Source of the DNA: Chloroflexota bacterium
GTDB taxonomy: Bacteria; Chloroflexota; UBA11872; VXOZ01
NCBI GenBank assembly: GCA_964291655.2
Contig: OZ219802.1
Span: forward strand, 2,432,001 to 2,496,000
Length of the DNA stretch: 64,000 nucleotides
Direction: 5' to 3'
Shown here in pieces: positions 1 through 10,615 of the stretch. Each line of letters opens with the position of its first letter. Position 1 is the stretch's first letter. Position numbers and translations under genes: made by a program. The notes under the pieces are model-generated. The model did no database searches and was not told where the DNA came from. It saw nothing but the letters and a program-made list of their open reading frames with translations.

Positions 1-532
1 GGTTGACGACCACGGAGGCAAGCTCCGGCTCGTCGCCAAAACGGCCAAGCTCGTCTTCCAATTCGAACCTGTCGCGGGCCAAGTAGATATGCGGCACGTG
101 AACGGGATCAAAGTAGCACGCAAGCAAGGCTTCGAAATCGTTTGCCGCCGCGTTGGGCGTGACGGTGACGGTCATGTCAATCGTAGCCGGTTCTGCGATC
201 TCATAGCGGATAGCCATTTCCGGATGCGCTGGGTCTTGCAGTGCCCACCGCAAGGTCACACTGCTTTCGTCCGCCTCGATATGGCGCTCGCCTTGGCGCG
301 GATTGCCGAGATCGCTATCCATGCCGGTGGCGGCTGACGGGTCGCGGTGCATGAAGCGGTACAGGTTGAGGATGGCGTAGAGCGGATGCACGAACTCGAT
401 GCCGGTGGACTTGTGCACAAGGTGGGTGAGACCGTGATGCGGAAACTCATTGCCGGGACGCAACGTGCCTTGTATCTCGGCGGTCTCGAAAGCGTAGACC
501 TTCTCTTCCGGGCGGTAGTCCAGAGTTGCCAT
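1..532 (-). CDS. Hypothetical protein, partial (runs off left edge)
   Basis: Manual translation from ATG at 532 (SD-like GAAAGGA upstream) gives MATLDYRPEEKVYAFETAEIQGTLRPGNEFPHHGLTHLVHKSTGIEFVHP..., open to the window edge; absent from the ORF track because it has no stop in the window. Confidence 0.75.
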   Translation of the reverse strand, partial: MATLDYRPEEKVYAFETAEIQGTLRPGNEFPHHGLTHLVHKSTGIEFVHPLYAILNLYRFMHRDPSAATGMDSDLGNPRQGERHIEADESSVTLRWALQDPAHPEMAIRYEIAEPATIDMTVTVTPNAAANDFEALLACYFDPVHVPHIYLARDRFELEDELGRFGDEPELASVVVN

Positions 533-752
533 TTATGTGATTGTCCTTTCCCGGTCTAGTCTGCCAGTGAGATCGCTCGCCTCGCAGCACGATGCGCTTC
601 TACAGTAGCACACGATGGCGCCATGCCTTTGCACAGCCCGGTAACGCGATTGAGCGAGGGCAGAGAATACTGCGGTGCACAGCATCAGTGGGAGCTCGTG
701 TTGATTCACGTTGAGAACTTTACCAGCCGCAGCTTGCACACCGCTTTTTGCG

Positions 753-786
753 CCGGGGCTACGAGACAAATGCCCCGTAGCCCCGG
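753..786 (-). terminator. Strong hairpin downstream of SBP gene (terminator/REP-like)
   Basis: CCGGGGCTACG...CGTAGCCCCGG perfect 11-bp inverted repeat. Confidence 0.45.
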
Positions 787-848
787 TAACTCGCCCCCCA
801 GTACGGTATTCCGCAATGAAACTAGAGATTGCGGGTCGTGCTCGCGAG

Positions 849-2276
849 CTAAGACGTGGCCGCGTCGAACAGCGCGTTCGTCTCGTCCGCCATGTTCTTG
901 AGGCCTTCCTCCACGCCGACGGCGCCGGCGAAGATCTCTGGCGCCCACACGCCCATGGGGCCAAGCATCTCGCCCCAGGAGACGACGTCGTGGGTTGGCA
1001 GATTCGTGGTCCACTCGAACATCTCAAACGCGGCGATGCGGTTCGCGGGCCCGTCGGTGACCTCCGGATCGTAGTAGAGCTGCGCCGAGTCATCCCGCGC
1101 CGGCCGCAACACGTCCGCCCGCGCCAATATATCCTGAGAGTCCTTCGTCAACATGTTGGCGAAGACACCCCACGCCTGGTCGGGGGACTTGGAGTTGGTA
1201 TTCATACACCAGCCGACAATGTTGGTGGTGCCGCCCGGGTTGCCGGTGTTGGGCGAAGCAGCCACGTAGCCGTAGTCCCAGGTGAAGCCGGAGCCGGGCC
1301 AGGCCTCGTTCAGGAACTTGACGTTGTTGGAAGCCGCCGTCCAAAGGACGACTTGACCGCTGCCAAAGAGGGCAAAACGACCGCCGCGGCCCGCCATGCC
1401 TTGGCTCAGGTCAGCAATCTGGTCGCGGGACGGCGAAACGCGATGCTTGAGCGCCAAGTCTACGCAGAAGTGCCACGCCTCCGCCGATTCCGGGCTGTCG
1501 ATGACGCAGCGCAAATCGTCGCTCAAGAAGTCGCCGCCGTTGGCGCGCACGTAGTTCAGCCAGCCTTGTTCGAGGGCATCGGCCGCGAACATGCCGTAGC
1601 GCGTGACGTTGTCGCCCTCGCTCTCCGTGAGCTTGATGGCGTACTCCTGGAGCAAGTCCCAATTCCAGTCCGTGCCGAGCTCAGACGGTACCGCGAAGCC
1701 GCCCTCATTTATGGCGTCTTCATTGAAGAGCGTGATGATGCTCGTCATCATGCCCGGCACGCCGAACATCTTCTCGCCTTTGTAGGTGTAGAAGTCGATG
1801 CCGGTTTTCCAGGCGTTGGCGGCAAAATCCTGGGCAATGGGGTCGGCCCTGAATTGCGCGGTAATGTCGGCAGGAATCTCCTTATTGGACCACGCGAAGT
1901 AGTTCACGCTGTTCATCAGGTAGATGTCCGGGCCCGTGCCGCCAACGAAGGCCGCCTGCAAATTATCCCAGTAACCGGAAACCGCTTCCGCGGTCACGCT
2001 GACGTTGGGATTGGTTTCCGAGTAATTCGCGCCCATCTGTTCCACGGAAGCTACAGGGTCCGGCCACCAGACCCAGACTTTGATCTCGGCGGCTTCAGCC
2101 TGGGGCTGTTCGGCAGGCTTTTCCGCTTCCTGCTCAGCCGGCGCTTCCTCGGACGGCATGGCCGTGCCGGCCTGTCCGCACGCGGCGAGCAAGGCGGCAG
2201 TTAGTGCCGCACCGCCGCCCGCGAGGATCTGCCGGCGTGACGGTTGTAGTCGCACGGAACGATCATTGGTATCCAC
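849..2276 (-). CDS. Carbohydrate ABC transporter substrate-binding lipoprotein (family 1), Tat-type signal
   Basis: SRRQIL twin-arginine motif, lipobox LAAC, GTGPDIY and DWNWD motifs typical of SBP_bac_1; GTG start at 2276 chosen from the upstream AGAGGAG SD. Confidence 0.9.
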   Translation of the reverse strand: MDTNDRSVRLQPSRRQILAGGGAALTAALLAACGQAGTAMPSEEAPAEQEAEKPAEQPQAEAAEIKVWVWWPDPVASVEQMGANYSETNPNVSVTAEAVSGYWDNLQAAFVGGTGPDIYLMNSVNYFAWSNKEIPADITAQFRADPIAQDFAANAWKTGIDFYTYKGEKMFGVPGMMTSIITLFNEDAINEGGFAVPSELGTDWNWDLLQEYAIKLTESEGDNVTRYGMFAADALEQGWLNYVRANGGDFLSDDLRCVIDSPESAEAWHFCVDLALKHRVSPSRDQIADLSQGMAGRGGRFALFGSGQVVLWTAASNNVKFLNEAWPGSGFTWDYGYVAASPNTGNPGGTTNIVGWCMNTNSKSPDQAWGVFANMLTKDSQDILARADVLRPARDDSAQLYYDPEVTDGPANRIAAFEMFEWTTNLPTHDVVSWGEMLGPMGVWAPEIFAGAVGVEEGLKNMADETNALFDAATS

Positions 2277-2669
2277 GATACAGCTTTCTCCTCTTCTTGA
2301 AAGAGTCATCTCTGTACGGGGTATTTGCGCGATGGAGACACCACGGTAACGCGCCGGATGCCTGCTCCGTGTACGTGATCTCCTTTCCCAAAGCTGTTGC
2401 CAAATCAAGATGCTGTGGTAATGGTATAGCGCCTAAGAAGGGTTGTCAAGAACTTTTATTTCAAATTGAGAGAAGGGCTCCAATCCGGCCGGCCAATAAG
2501 TCCCTTTCCCAATGGGTCGACGTAGGGGAGACTCAGTCAACTGCTAGCGAAGGTTTTGTCAACTTTTTGCTAGTTTCGGGTAAAGCAATACTAAGGCGGA
2601 GAAGAGCCAAACTTCCGCTGCCTCCAAGTAAACAAGGAGCGAAGGTGCGTGCCAATCCCAAGCGTGTGG

Positions 2670-3725
2670 CTACGTGCGCGGCCAGCGGGCGGCGAGCGGC
2701 GGCATGGCGGGAAACGGCGCGTGGGGCGCTGTTTGGTACCAGTAAGCCACCGAGGCGATGTCGTCGGTGAGCGGCTCGAACTTGCGGTTCAGCCACCAGC
2801 CGAGGGCTTGCACGGTTACTTTTAAGTCCTGCTTGAAGCGGATGGGATCCATGATGTGCCAGCGGTACATGCCGTGAAGCGGTACCTCAACCGGATCCTG
2901 GCGGTAGAGCGGATAGCCGAGGAAAGGCGTTGAGAATGTCCGGTCGCCGAAATTCCACGCCCCGCCAAAGTAGTCCTCCGTGCCCGTGCCGCAGATGGTC
3001 GGATGGTCGGAGTCGCCGTCCATATAGAACTTCACCTCGCCCTCGCCCCACCAGCCGTTGGAAAACTGCGACCACGCGATGAACGTGCCGACGTACTGCC
3101 CCTGTCCGGAGACGCCGTCGAGGAGCACATGTTCGGGGTATTCGCGGGTGGTCATGGACCGCCGCCATTGGGCGTGGAAGTAGGCTGCGTTCTCCGGCAC
3201 CGGGGCCAGTGCGTACGTGATCTGATAATAGAATCCCGGGATTACTTCCCAGTAGTTGTTTTCTATCGTGATGCGCGCGCTGCGGCGGAAGGGCATCGGC
3301 CAATAGGAGTTGAACCCGCCCGTGGGGTTCACGGCAATGGGCAGGGAGTTCACATCGTAACGCAGGGCGTGGCCGTTGCAGAAGAAGTCGCCCAGCGGCA
3401 CCTCGACCGAGGGAGTCTCTTCGCCGTCCCAGTAGCAGCGCAGAACCGTGCTGCGATACGCCTGGGGGCGAACGGTGAGCCAGATGTGCTGGATGGTGCC
3501 CGGCCCTTCAATTTCGGCGAGGGTCGTGGTGGATTGCGGCGGCAGCTCGATCTTGGGACGCACTTTCCAACCGGGCCCCAGCAAAGAAGCCGCGCTATTA
3601 TCGTCAGGCACCGCCTTCGCGCCGCCGCCCCGCTCGCCGTTAGGGTTTTCCGCCGAAATCGAGCGCGTCTCGGCATCCGAGAGCAGCGCGATGCTATGCA
3701 AACCCATCTGCAGTCCGTCGAACAT
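2670..3725 (-). CDS. DUF2961 / glycoside hydrolase family 172 protein
   Basis: TRSISAENPNGERGGG, GPGTIQHIW, WWGEGEVKFY, GTGTEDYFGGAW and YRWHIMDPIRF motifs. Confidence 0.9.
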   Translation of the reverse strand: MFDGLQMGLHSIALLSDAETRSISAENPNGERGGGAKAVPDDNSAASLLGPGWKVRPKIELPPQSTTTLAEIEGPGTIQHIWLTVRPQAYRSTVLRCYWDGEETPSVEVPLGDFFCNGHALRYDVNSLPIAVNPTGGFNSYWPMPFRRSARITIENNYWEVIPGFYYQITYALAPVPENAAYFHAQWRRSMTTREYPEHVLLDGVSGQGQYVGTFIAWSQFSNGWWGEGEVKFYMDGDSDHPTICGTGTEDYFGGAWNFGDRTFSTPFLGYPLYRQDPVEVPLHGMYRWHIMDPIRFKQDLKVTVQALGWWLNRKFEPLTDDIASVAYWYQTAPHAPFPAMPPLAARWPRT

Positions 3726-3807
3726 GATGTTGATCTCCTTTTGTGCACTGGCTAACGACGGAGACTGTGTGCCAGCCAACCCTTTAACTCTCAGAGTCGC
3801 GCTAATC

Positions 3808-4178
3808 CGTCATTCCCGCGCAGGCGGGAATCCATCTTCTCTTCGCCAGCGGACTGTCACTCCCGCGGATGCGACTATTGACAGTCTACTTAACACGTCC
3901 CCTTCATCCGTCATTGCCATGAAAATAGTACGACAGACTCCGTCATTCCCGCGCAAGCGCGCCCCCGCGCGGGGGCGCGGAATCAATCTTCGCCGCGCAC
4001 ACCCTGGATTCCGGCCCCGTATCGTGGTACGGGGCAGGCTTTTCGCCGGAATGACGGTCAAGGAGTCGCACGTTTGTCTTCATTTCCTTGTGTGGCCTCG
4101 CAAGGCCATGGTGATTCCCATGCAGTTGGGGAGCCAGCATCTCAATTCAGATGGACTCCCGCTTTCGCGTGAGTGACG
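3808..4178. repeat. Cluster of REP-like palindromes (CGTCATTCCCGCG..GCGGGAATCCA family) in both orientations
   Basis: Copies near 3808, 3941, 4005-4057 (inverted) and 4151-4178 (inverted); same family at 27740 and 57629. Confidence 0.75.
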
Positions 4179-4282
4179 ATTTTAGGGCCGCAACCGCCAG
4201 CCAGGAGACTACCCATCTGCTCGCGATAGACCGTCTCGCTCAGGCACCGACGCGCAAGCCACAGGGGAAAATAGTATCGCGC

Positions 4283-5623
4283 CTATGCCAATGAACTTAG
4301 CAACTCCAGTGCCGTCTCTTGCATGGCCTGCGCCGTGCCGGGGCCGCCGATGGCCGAGCGGGAGGGCCACGTCTCGTAGGCGCCCAGCGCTAGCTGCTCG
4401 TCGGTGGCCACGTACCCAAGATAGTCGTTTGCCAGACCTATAACGAACTGCGGCGCGAAGGGAGTGCCTTCTTTGATCGCGAGACCGACTTCGACGAATA
4501 TCTCGCCCGGCAAGGCGGCAAAGCCGGCGGGGCCGACACGAAATGCCTGTAACGTCGAGGTCAAGACTTGCGGCATCGTGTGCAACACTTTGACTTCGCG
4601 GGCGTAGGCCGCCGCCCAGCGCGGGTAGATCGGCTGGCCGGTGACCGCAGAGAACGGCCCCTCTGTATACTCAAAGTTGCCGCTCAGCACCTTTTCCGCA
4701 ATTGCTACGTCCTGGTCAGTGGTCTGTTTGCGGGGAAAGTCGAACGCGCTGACCGCTGCGCCCAGCGCCACGTGGTCGTGCATTTGCATCAACTGAAACT
4801 CAGTCAACACGTGGCCTGCCAGCACCTTTGCCATCCGCGCAGCCTGCGCGTGCCCTCGGTGCGGCCAGGGCGTGAAGACGTTCGTATTATTGATGTTGCC
4901 GGAAGCGCCGTTGAAGAGCAGACCCACCGTCTGCGGCCCGAGCAGGTGTTGGATCGCGCGGAAGAAGTGTCCATAGTAGTCGGCGGAAATCTCTGTGCCG
5001 CTATCCGTGCCTACGTAGTGCAAAGCGTAGTTACCCAACACGGCCAGCGGTTCACCTTCGCTGCTCTCGACGTAGCAGAGCGTGAATGCGGGATCCGTAG
5101 TGCCGGCGGGTCGCAAGACGTCCGGGTTGCCCACGCCGGGGTTGAATTGCACCTGTCCGTTGCGCATGTGAAAGCGGCGGTTGAAGACAAGGCGGGGCTC
5201 TTGCACGTTGGCAAAGCCGATGCGGGCCGGTTGCAGGCGCTGCACGGCAAGCTCAACGGAGTCGGCGATCTTCCGTGTTGCCCATTCGGTGTACTCAGTC
5301 TGCTCGTCCATGAATCCAATGCTCACGGTGGCAGGGGCGGAGTGCGTGTGGGTCGAGGCAATGAGCACGTGCTCGGGCGGTATGTGCGAGCGCGCCGCAA
5401 TGCGCTCCTTTGCGGCATCCATCATGGCACGCGAAATCATCGTGAGGTCGCAGAGCACGAAGGCGAGTTGCCGCACGCCGTCATCCAGCACCAATGCCTT
5501 GGCGAGCAGGTCGTCATGGACGGTATCGGCGTGGGTCACGTCGCGAAACGCACCGCGCATGGCGATGCCCAGCCAGGGCGTAATGTTTGCCGTCGCCGCG
5601 CCCGCGCGCAGTCTATCAGCCAT
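4283..5623 (-). CDS. Neutral/alkaline ceramidase-like hydrolase
   Basis: LRAGAATANITP, HDDLLAKALVLDDG, STHTHSAP, ISADY, NGASGN, LPGEIF and GLANDYLGY motifs. Confidence 0.8.
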   Translation of the reverse strand: MADRLRAGAATANITPWLGIAMRGAFRDVTHADTVHDDLLAKALVLDDGVRQLAFVLCDLTMISRAMMDAAKERIAARSHIPPEHVLIASTHTHSAPATVSIGFMDEQTEYTEWATRKIADSVELAVQRLQPARIGFANVQEPRLVFNRRFHMRNGQVQFNPGVGNPDVLRPAGTTDPAFTLCYVESSEGEPLAVLGNYALHYVGTDSGTEISADYYGHFFRAIQHLLGPQTVGLLFNGASGNINNTNVFTPWPHRGHAQAARMAKVLAGHVLTEFQLMQMHDHVALGAAVSAFDFPRKQTTDQDVAIAEKVLSGNFEYTEGPFSAVTGQPIYPRWAAAYAREVKVLHTMPQVLTSTLQAFRVGPAGFAALPGEIFVEVGLAIKEGTPFAPQFVIGLANDYLGYVATDEQLALGAYETWPSRSAIGGPGTAQAMQETALELLSSLA

Positions 5624-6160
5624 GTCGCTGTTCCTCCACCATTGCTCTTAGTATTTTGATGGCCTCGCATCGATGCGGCACACTTAGGAAGTGGCGCGGG
5701 GGCTTGTCACTTGCAAAATCTCGTTTGCAGGAAGCTCGACCCGGCCACACCGCCTTACAGAACAAAACAGCCAGATAGTCTGCCCTCTCAAGCCGGTCGG
5801 ACGCAGGTTTCAAACCTGCGCTACCGGAACGACGGGGCACCCTGAGCGCCGCTCTCTACAATGCAATGGGCAATGCACGAGCGCTTGAAAATCTCCCCAT
5901 ACGTACGCCAACTGGCTAGGGGTAGGATACCATGATCGCCTTCAGGGCCGGCTTAACATGAGCCGGACCTTCCTACCGATGCTCTAAGGATAGCGGGAGC
6001 TCCAAGGGTTTGGTAATCTGGAAGAAGAGGGACACCGCAAAGCGGAGACCCTTATATGACACGAGAACCAAGTCATTGAGAAAGTCAATAGACGTCTTCG
6101 TCCTTGGGTGCAGCCTGATCGACGCGATTGCCTCCAAGGCTGACTGAACGCCGGAAAGGA

Positions 6161-7147
6161 ATGGCTAGGCAGATGGCAACTTCCTACCACGATGTCGTCG
6201 TAATAGGCGCGGGACCCGCGGGGCTGTGCGCCGGGCTGTACACGGCGCGGGCGCGGCTGGATACGGTAATCCTCGAAAAAATGGCCCCCGGCGGACAGCT
6301 CATCAACACTTCATTGATCGAGGACTACCCAGGATTTGAGTCTATAGACGCGGCCGATCTCATCGAGAAGATGGTCTCGCACACCCAGGCGTTCGGCGCG
6401 CAGATCCTCACTGCTGAGGTCGCGGAGGTCTACTCGGACGACTGGCAGAAGGTCGTGCGTACGACGGACGGTGACGAGTACCGCGCCGGCGCCGTGATCA
6501 TCTCATCCGGCGGTTCGCCGACGCCGTTGAATATCCCAGGCGAGTTCGAATACGCGGGCCGGGGCGTCTCGTACTGCGCGGTCTGCGACGGCGCTTTCTT
6601 CCGCGATCGCGTGATTACGGTGGTTGGCGGGGGCGACTCGGCGGTGGAGGAGGGCCTCTTTCTCACCCGATTCGCTAGCAAACTCTATCTCGTGCATCGG
6701 CGGGAAAAACTGCGTGCCCAGCAGATCATTCAAGAGCGCTTCATGGCTGCGCCAAATACCGAGATAATCTGGGATACGGTGGCGGACGAGATCGTTGGCG
6801 ATGACGGCGCGGTCACCGGCATGCGCTTGCGCAACGTGAAGACAGGCGAGGAATGGGTGCACGAGACTGGCGGGGTCTTCATTTTCATCGGGTTCGATCC
6901 CAACACCGACTTCATCAAGGATGCGGTGGAGCGGGACGAGAATGGCTATCTCATTGCCGGCTTGCATATGGAGACCGACGTGCCGGGGCTCTTCATCGCC
7001 GGTGACGTGCGCACACAATTGACGAAGCAAATTACCACCGCAGTGGGCGATGCGACCACGGCTGCCGTGGCGGCAACGCACTATCTGGAGGACTTGTACG
7101 CCACCGTGCCGCGCCCTGAGACGGCGGCAACGGAAGTCTCTGCCTAA
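6161..7147 (+). CDS. trxB: Thioredoxin-disulfide reductase
   Basis: GAGPAG FAD motif, GRGVSYCAVCDG redox motif, GGGDSA NADPH motif. Confidence 0.96.
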   Translation: MARQMATSYHDVVVIGAGPAGLCAGLYTARARLDTVILEKMAPGGQLINTSLIEDYPGFESIDAADLIEKMVSHTQAFGAQILTAEVAEVYSDDWQKVVRTTDGDEYRAGAVIISSGGSPTPLNIPGEFEYAGRGVSYCAVCDGAFFRDRVITVVGGGDSAVEEGLFLTRFASKLYLVHRREKLRAQQIIQERFMAAPNTEIIWDTVADEIVGDDGAVTGMRLRNVKTGEEWVHETGGVFIFIGFDPNTDFIKDAVERDENGYLIAGLHMETDVPGLFIAGDVRTQLTKQITTAVGDATTAAVAATHYLEDLYATVPRPETAATEVSA

Positions 7148-7605
7148 TGCCGTTGCACGGGGCGCTCAGTTGCAGGGGAGACCGCATTTAGACCTCAGCA
7201 TCCGCCTCTTCATGGTGGGTGCCTTGCCGCAGCAAAGTGACCGAGGTGCGGAGGCCGTCTATAATAGAGCAAATCGCCGCACCGGTACGGAGCGCAAACG
7301 AAGGGGAGTGGGAGAACGCAGGATTGGATCGGCCGGTTTGTGTGGCGCGACTGGTGGGGAGACTACCTAGGACAACAGTCTTAGATTTCTCGCTGCGCTC
7401 GAAATGACAGTTCGCTTGGGATTGGGGTTAGTGTAAGGATTGGCCGCAAGGGAGCGGATAGGATGTGGCTCGATGCGTCGGTGAGCAGCGATTAAACTGC
7501 GTTGAATTTATAGCGCCGGTGACGACTCTTGGTGCTGTTTCTCTGACAAGAACGCGAATCTAGCAGTTACGATACGATAGAACGAATTGACAAAAGGAGT
7601 AATGT

Positions 7606-8226
7606 ATGCTCATTCCGTACGTCATTGAGACGACGAACCGCGGCGAACGCGGCATGGACATTTTTTCCCGGCTGCTGCGGGATAGGATCATTTTCTTAGG
7701 AACCCCGGTTGACGATAACGTGGCGAACATCATCATCGCCCAGATGCTCTTGCTTTCAAGTGAAGATGGTGACGCCGACATTGGTCTTTACATAAATTCT
7801 CCCGGCGGCAGCGTGCATTCAGGACTGGCGATCTACGACGCCATGCAATACATCAAGAATGACGTGGCGACCTACTGCATGGGCCTGTCGGCCAGCATTG
7901 CCGCCTTACTACTTGCCGGTGGCGCGTCGGGTAAGCGGTTTTCTCTGCCGAATTCGCGCATGCTGATCCATCAACCATGGACGCAAGCCTCACGGCCTTT
8001 GCAGGCGTCCGACCTCGAGATCGAGGCGCGTGAAATTTTGCGCACCCGTAACCAGGTGAATTCGATTATTGCGCAACACACGGGGCAGGAACTCGCGAAG
8101 ATCGAGCGTGATAGCGAGCGAGACTTCTGGATGGACCCCGTAGAGGCCAAGGACTATGGACTGATCGATGACGTCTTGCCGTCCGCCATCAAGACGCCTC
8201 AGACCGACGGAGTAGCCAGCAATTAG
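7606..8226 (+). CDS. clpP: ATP-dependent Clp protease proteolytic subunit
   Basis: [25 protein letters not shown] (catalytic Ser), IHQP. Confidence 0.97.
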   Translation: MLIPYVIETTNRGERGMDIFSRLLRDRIIFLGTPVDDNVANIIIAQMLLLSSEDGDADIGLYINSPGGSVHSGLAIYDAMQYIKNDVATYCMGLSASIAALLLAGGASGKRFSLPNSRMLIHQPWTQASRPLQASDLEIEAREILRTRNQVNSIIAQHTGQELAKIERDSERDFWMDPVEAKDYGLIDDVLPSAIKTPQTDGVASN

Positions 8227-8265
8227 GATGACCAATCCAGCGCCGCAACACGAAGGAGATTAGCG

Positions 8266-9585
8266 TTGCCAAGTAGTCGTGACTCTCGGGGCCAATATCG
8301 CTGCTCGTTTTGCAATAAAGCGCAAGAGGAAGTACGCCGGCTGATTTCCGGCCAAAACGGTGTTTATATTTGCGATGAGTGTGTAGACCTCTGTCGTGAA
8401 CTGATTCATGAGGAGCAGGCCTCTTCAAGCCAGCGGAAAGGCAGCGCCAGTCCTGCACGATTACTCAGTCCCAAAGAGATTCATGAGTTCCTCAATCAAT
8501 ATGTAGTGGGCCAAGAGCACGCAAAGAAGGTGCTGGCGGTAGCGGTCTACAATCACTACAAGCGCGTGGCGAGCGGCGAATCGAACAGTGACGTTGAGCT
8601 GGGCAAGAGCAATGTGCTCCTCATTGGGCCTACCGGCTGCGGCAAGACGTTGCTGGCGCGCACTCTGGCGCGCATCCTCGGGGTGCCTTTCTGCATAGCC
8701 GACGCGACGTCGCTGACCGAAGCCGGGTACGTTGGCGAGGACGTGGAGAACATCCTGCTACGCTTGATCCAGGCAGCGGATTACGATACTGCCGCGGCGG
8801 AGCGTGGCATAGTCTTCATCGACGAGATTGATAAGATCGCCCGCAAGGCCGACAATCCTTCCATTACGCGGGATGTTTCCGGCGAGGGTGTGCAGCAAGC
8901 ACTGCTCAAGATCATCGAGGGTACGGTGGCGAATGTGCCCCCGCAGGGCGGCCGCAAGCACCCGCACCAAGAGTTTATCCAGATTGATACCACCGACATC
9001 CTCTTTGTCTGCGGCGGCGCTTTCGAAGGTCTGGACGAGGTCATCGCGAAACGTGTCGGCAGTAACCAGCGTATCGGCTTCGGCGCTATGGACGCTGCTG
9101 AGCGCGCAGAAGAGCAGAGGAACCTCCTCCGGCAGATCTCGCCGGACGATCTCCTGAAGTACGGCCTAATCCCCGAATTCGTAGGCCGTCTCCCAGTGAC
9201 GGTGGCCTTAGATGCGCTCACGCATGATGAGTTGATCCAAGTCCTCACCGAGCCGCGCGATGCTCCCGTCCGTCAGTATCAGCACTTGTTCGCAATTGAC
9301 GACATCGAGCTCACATTCCAGGACGATGCCCTGGAGGAAGCGGCGCAGATGGCGCAGAATCTCAAGACCGGCGCGCGTGCGCTGCAGACGATCATGGAAG
9401 AGGCGCTGCTGGAGGTAATGTACGATCTGCCGTCCCGCAATGACGTGAGCGAGGTCATCGTGACTGCTGATGTCATTGCCAAGCGCGCGCAACCGATGCT
9501 GGTGGCATCTGAGAGTAAGCGCTCGGCGCCGTCCGGAGAGCATGAAGCCACGCTTCTGGATGAAGATACGTCAGCGACAGCCTAG
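8266..9585 (+). CDS. clpX: ATP-dependent Clp protease ATP-binding subunit ClpX
   Basis: C4 zinc finger [30 protein letters not shown] loop. Confidence 0.97.
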   Translation: MPSSRDSRGQYRCSFCNKAQEEVRRLISGQNGVYICDECVDLCRELIHEEQASSSQRKGSASPARLLSPKEIHEFLNQYVVGQEHAKKVLAVAVYNHYKRVASGESNSDVELGKSNVLLIGPTGCGKTLLARTLARILGVPFCIADATSLTEAGYVGEDVENILLRLIQAADYDTAAAERGIVFIDEIDKIARKADNPSITRDVSGEGVQQALLKIIEGTVANVPPQGGRKHPHQEFIQIDTTDILFVCGGAFEGLDEVIAKRVGSNQRIGFGAMDAAERAEEQRNLLRQISPDDLLKYGLIPEFVGRLPVTVALDALTHDELIQVLTEPRDAPVRQYQHLFAIDDIELTFQDDALEEAAQMAQNLKTGARALQTIMEEALLEVMYDLPSRNDVSEVIVTADVIAKRAQPMLVASESKRSAPSGEHEATLLDEDTSATA

Positions 9586-9623
9586 GCGGTGCGTCACACT
9601 CCACTGCCGCTGCGCTTGCCGGG

Positions 9624-10493
9624 CTAACCTGAATCCTCGCTGAAGAAGAGCGATCGGCCGTTCAGCGGCTGCGTTGGTCTGGCATTGTCGGCGTAGAGCG
9701 CGGCAAACTGCGCAAGCTGCTCTGCCGAGGCTTCCACCGGCTCTCTCAAGACGAACCAGCTCACGTCTTCAGTGCATGGGGGCGTCGTCAGCGAACCAAC
9801 GTAGCTAAAGTAGGCGAGGTCCGCTGGCAGCAAGTCCGTGGCATCTACCGTGTTCCCTTCCACAAGCCGCTTCTCGCCCTTCTGAGTCGGCATGTTGTCC
9901 CAGACCTTCTGCAGAGCTTCGTTGCGCTGCCCTTCCGTAAGAAAGATGCCAACTACTGCGAGACTCCCGTCGGCGCCTTGATGCACAAGGTGCAGTTCCA
10001 TGTCGGCGGGCATTCCGTCAACCGTGTGCTCGCTCGCGCGGTGAAAGTGAAACTGCAACAAGGCATACTGCTTGCCATCAGCAGCCAGCGTGCTGCCTGG
10101 CACGTAGCTCACCTGAATCGTATGTCCGTTGTTGACAACGTCTAGCGGCGTTGGCGTGTAACGGAACGCAAGATCGTGCGGCTTCGTCTCCGTGTCACCA
10201 CTCAAGTCTATGGGTGACTGCGACACTCCATCTTTGCATGCTGCGAATTCAGGAGAGAGATCCCCCCAGCGCGCTGGGCCCGTCTCGCCGGTATAGCCCC
10301 AGGACGCGGGATGGGTTGGCTCCTTCTCGTTGGAATACGGCGGCTCCTCAGCGGATGCCGCGATGCCGGCGGCGTCGTTTTCCTTTCCCAGCGCGCGCCA
10401 CAAGAAGGATATAGCGGCGATCCCCGCCAACACCAAAGTGACTATTCCAACAGCTATCGGTCTTCTAAACAACATTCTATCGACCAGTCTCAC
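9624..10493 (-). CDS. Alpha-class carbonic anhydrase with N-terminal membrane anchor
   Basis: WGY..GP..WG, QSPID, NNGHT, QFHFH..SEH, MELHLVH, GSLTTPPCTE. Confidence 0.93.
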   Translation of the reverse strand: MRLVDRMLFRRPIAVGIVTLVLAGIAAISFLWRALGKENDAAGIAASAEEPPYSNEKEPTHPASWGYTGETGPARWGDLSPEFAACKDGVSQSPIDLSGDTETKPHDLAFRYTPTPLDVVNNGHTIQVSYVPGSTLAADGKQYALLQFHFHRASEHTVDGMPADMELHLVHQGADGSLAVVGIFLTEGQRNEALQKVWDNMPTQKGEKRLVEGNTVDATDLLPADLAYFSYVGSLTTPPCTEDVSWFVLREPVEASAEQLAQFAALYADNARPTQPLNGRSLFFSEDSG

Positions 10494-10615
10494 GCTCGCA
10501 TCACCTCGCTGTACGTTTGGATGAATTCACCACACCTGATGGACAATAACGTGCGCCGACCCTAGCATGCAAGTTTCAGTGTCTCTAGGGAAGCAATGCA
10601 CGTCAATCTCTTCAC

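Noticed and set aside
711-2204. Long plus-strand 497-aa ORF and similar antisense ORFs (4568-5659, 16421-17752 and others)
   Set aside because: Shadow frames of well-supported opposite-strand genes in high-GC DNA, with no motifs
5955-5980. GGUAGGAAGGUCCGGCUC on the minus strand resembling the RNase P RNA 5' motif
   Set aside because: Imperfect match, no 3' ACAGAA.CCGGCUUA partner, and the region is too short
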